Shown in pieces: positions 57,031 through 64,000 of a stretch of DNA of 64,000 bases. Source of the stretch: Phoronis australis (taxonomy: Eukaryota > Animalia > Phoronida); the NCBI GenBank assembly GCA_002633005.1, contig NMRA01000160.1, positions 79,552 through 143,551 of the forward strand. Reading direction: 5' to 3'. Numbering within the stretch: position 1 is the stretch's first letter; each line of letters begins with the position of its first letter. The notes under the pieces were generated by a model that saw only the letters and a list, made by a program, of their open reading frames with translations, had not been told where the DNA came from and ran no database searches. The position numbers and the translations under genes are program-made.

Positions 57031-58382
57031 ATCCGCAAAGGGCAGTAACAGGTCGTCGATTATAGATAACTATTATGTAACGGCGCCATCTATGAATATT
57101 CATTCTGTCATCTTATAATAACATTGACTTGTGTGATTAGAACATCAGTTATCAATGTTTGTCTCTCAGTATCTAAGCGGCGTTATTTAAAAAACAGCAA
57201 TATAGAAACACAATGGATAATAAGTCAGCTATCGAGTCGAGCAGTTCCTGACCCCTCCCAACGGCTCATCATATGAACATGAGTTTGACATCGCTAAAAG
57301 CTATTACACAAGACGCATTGGGTTAGGTCATCACAGGTCAAGATCAGCTATCGCGTCGTAAGTTTCGTTAGAGTTGACTTGTGTACGTACGCTCATGTTT
57401 ATTAAGTGATTACCTCGTCGCACTGACAACCCATCCATAGGGAAAACGAGACAAGAGGTAAGAAACAGGGGCGTATCATCTGGGAGCGGGAGTGTCGAGG
57501 GTCTAACACTCTCCAACAACTGTTCATTAGTTGGGCAAAGAAAGAAAAAGTTAATCAAGGACAGAAAAATTTGGGCTAAGAGGTTCATGCAAATGTGAGT
57601 CACGGATTTGAGTTTTGAAAATGTGGATTAACTGCGGGTTTTCTTAGCGTTTTGTCATTAACAGTTAAAACTTTTCCTGTGTAAACATGATCGAAGAGGT
57701 GTAACTGTGAGAAAGTAGTGTAAGTAGTGCTCAATTTTCAACCAAGTTTAAACCAATGGCTGACAATTTGTTTTAGGGAAAGATAATCAATGCACATGTT
57801 GCGTATTTTGTGCTTGGCGCGATCAAATTAAATAAACTTCAGTAACCAAAAACGTTATTACTTGATTCTGTCTTTGCCGTAAAATTCATGCGTTGGGCGT
57901 GGTCATAAAAATCTTACCATTGAGCAACGGCGGAGAGAAACATTCAAGAATGCCCAGGTCGCCGTCACCATGCAGTAGATGAATGGAATTGTTCATAGAT
58001 AACTTTCAAATCGTTTCAGACCTGGAGAAAAGTATAAAATACCAAGAGATTTGAGTACAGCTTTGGATTTTCTTGAATGCATTTTTATATATTTATTTAA
58101 ACTTTTTTAAAATTACTGGATGACCATCAGTGAATACACTGATTTTCAAGTGGGCCTAGTCGGAAAGAATTACATGAAATAAAATACAGAGAGCTATGCA
58201 CAATTAGACTGAAGAGATTAATGAAATAAATGAATTAGTTATAAAGTAGTTACTGGGTACAATTAGATGAATAAACAAGGTAAAATAGAGTTGTTTTTAG
58301 GTTTATCTGGCAGCAGGCAGCCAGAAACACTCCCCCATCTGGTACTGTAATTATGAAAGTACGGCAATTTGGTGCAAGGTTA

Positions 58383-59890
58383 TGTAATGTATCGCCAGTC
58401 AATGACTGAGGTCTTAATTTGCTTAACTGTGGTCAATGAATGATTAACTGTCTTTGTCAGTCTGCTTGCAAAGTAAAACACCTGGTTAACCATGTCATAA
58501 TTCCCGAAACAATAACAAGCAAAGACCATAGTAGTACAGGTTTTCACCAGCCTGCCCACAGGCGATGCCCTGAACTGTGATAAACTAGTCAAGGAGGCGG
58601 CATGAACTGACTGAGCGATGACTGAGAGGGGCGAACGGCTTCCCAGTTCGTGACCCGTCTGCAGCACTTCCTAAACAGGTGGATCAAGATGGTCTTGTTC
58701 CTCTGAGTGGCGAAATCCCATTTCGTTCCAGAGATGGTCAGCTTGGCAGGGGTACATTGACGCCTAGAGTTGATATGACTAGCACTCAGTCGTCAATGAA
58801 ACAGCAGTTAACAATTGATTGACATAGGCCTAACATATGAAGCCAGGCCAGTCCAGTGAACAGAATGCTTGAGAACATACTAATAGGGTCCAGCATATTA
58901 GTGACTGACATGGAACCACAGCCTGGAAAATTTTAAGAGTCTGCATTTGTAAAACGATAGGGTAGATTCCAGAAAGTTCTAGAATATACTTGAATTGGTG
59001 AAAAGTTTCAGGCCATTGTAAGAATCTATAAATACTCAGGCACGGGTTGGTTTGAAGAGGTCACAACAGTTCACAGTCGCACAGTCACAGTTACAGAATC
59101 ATCAGTTGAATGTTACCGAGTCAGTAGTAATTATCCAGCAACTCATTTAATTAGTCAACGAGTGCGGCAGTTAGTGGAAGTACTTCACTGACATCACCTA
59201 GGAATAGCCTTTACAGGCCTCGCTTCGTACACCAAGGCTAGGCGAGGTGCTTAACCCCGCGCGGTCTCTTTGGACCAAAGCAACTCTGACGACAGCGATT
59301 GGCGTCGATAACGGGATTTCGAATGCTCTTTTGTTAGATGTTGTGCGCTTGTAAAAATTTCCACCAGATTAGGTGTATTCCATCGGAAACACAATTAAGG
59401 GTGTGGTAATGGCGCTGTCTGCAAAGAATTTGGGTGAGTGGGGTGTGATTTGTAAACGCCAACTTAAAAGTCATGCAACTTAGAGGGCAGTACTTGCTGA
59501 AGCATTGAGCGAACATTTAAGTCGGGCATTGGCTTTGAATAGACTTAGTGTATAATCGGTCGAAGTCCATCAAGTCATTACCTCAAACCCATCTTCAGTC
59601 TACCATCGCACCGAAAGCCATTAGCACCGGTAAGTGACGACCTGCGCAAAACATCCATGAGGAAAAATGTAACAGACCCCCTGATCAAACTACCCCGGCA
59701 CGTGGCCTTCACACGTACACTGTGCACAACTCGTTCATGTTGCCTAGAACCCAGCAGTCACCGACAAACCGTGGCTAAAACATGTAAAATCACACACGTG
59801 AAGGACATAGTTGTTTCGCGAGTATTCTCGATGTAAACTCAAGTAGCTTTTCTGTTGCCTCGCCTCTCGTGTCAGTCAACACTGTTGACA
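58383..59890 (+). mobile_element. LTR-like segment (possible solo LTR; boundaries uncertain)
   Basis: TGTAAT start, AGAAAGTTCTAGAA motif at about 58971, TATAAATA at 59027, short cagt repeats; possible imperfect TSD ggtta/cgtta. Confidence 0.3.
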
Positions 59891-60669
59891 CGTTATAGTG
59901 CCTGCTCACTTCCCAGAACATGTGCTTGAATTTTTACCAAGTGGTTGGCTTGGTCCTATAGGTAGGTACAGTTCCTCGTAATGAGATCTCTACTGGCTCA
60001 CAAATATCACTGAGTCATGCTACAGGACCAAGTCGAAATTTCGCCTCAAACAGGTAGCTTACAATCATCTAACCTTTAAGTCAGCCAACTGTGACATTAA
60101 CGCTTGGACCTCGGCCTCGCCAAAAAGCAAGACTTTGCTAGACGTGAGATATTGCCGTGTATTTTAAATGAGAACACGTGAATTTGGCTAGATTTTAAAA
60201 TATAGGTCCTAGCATGGATCCAAGCGCTACTGAACGCACACCAGGAAACAACCAGTTACCGGGTACTATAACATATCCTAGCAAAATGGGGATTGGTCTG
60301 TGAGTGTTGAATTGGGAAATAAAGTTATCTCATTGTTTAAGCTCCATAAACAGAGGTTTGCAAGTGAATTGCGAGTTTTCTGGGTATATAGAATGCACCC
60401 CTGAATTCTATTCCATGGTACAACACAACTCAGGAATCAATCACTTGAGTAGTGCGTTCTTCGCAGCGCCGTCACAAGTGGCCCGAGTGTTGCTGCAAAT
60501 CTGGACGCCATGACACCCGTCTGGACGCCATTGCGTATACACGAAATAGCTCTGATGGAATAACTATCATCGGGCAAAAATAGGCTGCTTCAGCATTAAC
60601 TAGACTGGTTACATAAGATATAATTTTTCCAACGAGACAGGCACGCATGCGTTGGTGCAAGTTCGAAAA

Positions 60670-60935
60670 TCACGGTTTCGTGTAGCCAATGGTGGGTAAA
60701 ACGCCGCCGTGAGTTTCACGACGATGGCGATCAGCTTCAACACACGACTTGCCACAGGAACACCTTTCCCTTTGTGCGCGCCACAGTTCGGTTTTCAGGA
60801 AGTTCATGAGTTTTTGTCTGTCATTTTTCAGTGCACCCACTATGAGCACCAACTTGTTGATGAGCGGTATGAGTCGCGCTCGACTCTCTTTGAAATCGCC
60901 CTCTGCCGAGCAGGATTCGTCCAAGTCGGTTCGTC
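60670..60935 (-). CDS. Probable terminal coding exon of an unidentified convergent gene
   Basis: Minus strand branch point TGACTAAC, pyrimidine tract, cctag acceptor, then open frame RTDLDESCSAEGDF...RHRRETHGGVLPTIGYTKP TGA. Confidence 0.55.
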
Positions 60936-61984
60936 CTAGGATAGAGGATAGAACAAATAACGGAGAAAAGGTTAGTCACTGTAATCGATCTAAAATTTAC
61001 ATGATAAATGGGATATATAGCGTGTATAACCCAAAATAGAACACCCCTTCGCTTAATGCCCAGTGAAAGAGGCTCAATTAGCCATGGCGCGTCATGACCC
61101 GTCATTACGGCCGCTATCTTTTATCACAATCTTCCGACGCTGCGACACGGGTCCATTGTGAAAAGTAACCGCTCATGTTTACCTAATGCCGATGTACACA
61201 TGTACAGTGCACTAGACGGCATTGTGTCAATAAGCTGCTTATCGTCGTTAAAAAGGCACAAACACACAGATTTTTTGATGCCACATCGATGGTAGTGAAA
61301 GTTTTACTAAGTATCTGTCGTTGACTCAAAGTTTCGAGGGTGTTTTTCTGTAGTTCTTAGCTTACTGTGTTTCGAGGTATAAGACCGACGCCTGCGCACT
61401 TATCGGTCGTCGCAAAATCATAACCACGAACAAAATTGATAAGCTAAATTGCAAAATTCATCCATAAGATTAATGTTCGTCCGAGGAGAGGAATTTTATA
61501 CTCGAGAAGATTTTAATGAGACTTCATTTTAGTATGCGTTCTCGCAGCGTTATCCAGGTGTTAAAAGTGCTATTGAACCCTAGAAAAGTTTTTAGTGCCA
61601 CAACGTTTAACGTTTACCGCCTTGATGACAATGTTTGGGTATGACCCGTAAACTTTTACCTGTAGACGAGTGCGTCAAGTGCTTTTTCTTATAAGAAACG
61701 CATCATTTAATAATGATGTGTATTTTAATGCACATCATTATTAAAAAAAAATAAAAAATACGGGCAAAGAGTCTCAGGTTGTCACAATGAGTATGTGAAA
61801 ACAAATTCACATACGTCACGCACTCTTGCATGGAAAGAAGGCTTAGGCTCCCTGTTTAATATTCGCCATGTAACTATAGGGACTTCCCGTAGGTAATTGG
61901 GGTGCCTTTGTTTTCATTGGCCTCGTTTTGGAATGCCAGACATAGTCTTGTTGGAAACCTTCGAGCTGTATGGCAGTGTAAATA

Positions 61985-62181
61985 TTTCCAATTTCAAACG
62001 TTTAGAAACAATGGAAACAAATCTATTCGGTTCAAATTTAACCCGACGAACTTGCTTGACTGACTCGTTTCGCATTTTCTTTTCTTTGATTGGTGTCGGG
62101 AAGGCGAGGAACTTTATGTTTGTCAAGTTTATCCAATTTTCTTGTTTCGGAGTTGCAGCCCACAACACAACAGTAATACAT
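61985..62181 (-). pseudogene. Frameshifted THAP zinc-finger coding relic (DNA-transposon derived)
   Basis: MYYCCVVGCNS in one frame joins IKFLAFP...RNESVKQVRRVKFEPNRF.SIVSKRL in another, matching THAP C-x4-C...F..FP...R..W...P...CSxHF with decay. Confidence 0.7.
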
Positions 62182-64000
62182 GTTGATTAGATAATCTATG
62201 CTACTACCTTGTTGGCATAACAACGAGGAATAGCGTAATGCACCGGAGAAAACTTGTAAAAAATTCGACAACAACAAAAAACTAGTCATATGGAACTGTA
62301 TCAATGGCGGCGCGTAAATGAGGCTACAGAAACTGGTTGACGAATTTTCCTGCACTCTGGTTAAATACAGCGAAATTCGAGTGTCGTTGTGTCATTCGGG
62401 ACGGTTTTAATGTTTTTAGGAGCAAATACTTTTGTTTACAAATCATAAACAAAATCGTGATCAGAATACACGTTAGAGAACGTAAATGTTTGCTACAGGA
62501 TTTAATAAACGGCTAATGAAGAATTTAATCCTTCAGTATAAAGCACCATAAAGAGGGAAAATAGGGGCACTGGAATTTTGAGTCGGGTAATGTCGGGACG
62601 GGAGGAGACACACACATTGGATATGGAAAACAACGGTAGTCTACCTAGGAACATTACGACAGGGGAATACTAATTGAGGAATTGTAGGTTAGAATTATAT
62701 AGGTACAGGGATATAGTAGTTCTGGTCACGAAGGAATGTTTACCTTTGGTCTCAAAACTCAAGTTAAAATAGATTTTCGCTATTTTTATGATTGTTTTTG
62801 CAAGTTTGGCCCCTTTTTTCATAGAAGATTTTGACTTGTTGATGGAACAACATTTAACCAAATCTCTGCATCCCTTAGAACTCTAAGAGGATGAAGTTGG
62901 ATATTAACAGAAATGTAAAAAGAGTTTGTGGAATAAAATATAATTGATGATAATGATGAAACTGAGTGCACATATTTTATTACGGTAAAAAGCAAATGTG
63001 TACATTCAGGGTTGCAAATAGAATCAAAAAAGGGTGATATACATACATCTCATTAAGACCAATGCTATAACATCCATTTAGCAGCAGAAAGTTTGTCCCC
63101 AAATTCAGTCCCAAGAAATCATTGTTGTGAAAACAACTGCTTGTATTTTCTGATGCTTGATTTGTTTGCCATGGAACTGCACAAAACTGGATAGCACTGG
63201 AAAGCGCCAGATTTGCTTGATTATCATCTGTTATCATTCATAATGTTTATGAATATGACCTTGCGAATACGACCTTGTAAAAGATGCCGACATTTAATAG
63301 TTGTTGAATCTCTCTTGTTGTTTTCGCCCTACTTTCGTAACATATGTTTCGTGACAAAGTCAACGAGGACGGAATACTTAGTGACGTCGGACAGAGGCCC
63401 AAGTTGGCCAACGTACTAATGAAACACGTGCTATCAGGAAGAGATAACCAGGAAGGGACAACTGTTTTAGCGCATTTTAACGTATTTTCAAAGGTGATTT
63501 CAAAAGTAAATGTTAAAGTAGTCTGGAATCCAAGCATTGTGTTTGAAAGCTTAACTCTTTAGCTATAAAATGACACCACTTCTGTCCCCAAAGACTTCAT
63601 ATTAATGGCACTGGGATGCTTTGAACATGACTTGTTTTACCCTTCCAAAAGATGCCTCTTCCCAGGCATGTACTCGGGCACGATCCTCTTTTTTGAACCA
63701 ACAGATGTCACTAATATATGCAAATGAGGCTCGCATCGTCTACGTCATACGATGTCATACGGCGCGAGCTTCCAATATTTGAACCCTCGAGTGAGTAGTG
63801 AATGACTTGAAACGCAGTTCTATCTGACTGGGCAGATCTAAGAAAATGAACTCATCATGCAAGTCAATGTTCAAAGGACATTGAATGGTTTCACATGAAA
63901 ATACATTTAATTGTATTTGGATACGTTTGCATGTGTGTATGCGTGGACTTCGTCATTTTGCTTAAATCCAGATTTAGAAGCAGGTGTTAGTCAAGAAATT

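Noticed and set aside
57331-57603. Minus-strand 90-aa ORF with acceptor-like aacag near 57521 and a possible gtaatc donor
   Set aside because: No recognisable protein motif, frame is ambiguous, and no convincing partner exon was found.
63213-63562. Overlapping short ORFs as candidate upstream exon of the orphan gene
   Set aside because: No clear splice signals or protein features on either strand.

Overview
This is eukaryotic (invertebrate animal, probably lophotrochozoan; taxon inferred) genomic DNA. Bases 390-52221 (+) hold the 3' half of one intron-rich gene, an ortholog of ADGRV1 (VLGR1/GPR98/USH2C). I traced 53 GT-AG exons by hand. They splice in a continuous frame (9916 nt, about 3300 aa, 5' end outside the window) and encode many Calx-beta repeats, a 7-bladed EAR/EPTP propeller, a GAIN/GPS site (CSCKHM|SSYAVL), a 7TM region and the C-terminal PDZ ligand IADTHL. 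A likely 3'UTR runs to an AATAAA at 54491. Introns and the downstream region carry many non-autonomous DNA-transposon elements, a tRNA-derived SINE head, micro/minisatellites, an LTR-like stretch, a hammerhead-like inverted pair and a frameshifted THAP relic. An orphan terminal exon of a convergent gene lies at 60670-60935 (-). The most unusual observation is repeated tandem duplication of splice junctions, especially a 90-bp array giving three extra in-frame acceptors before the TM1/TM2 exon. Most ORFs in the supplied track are exon fragments or noise.
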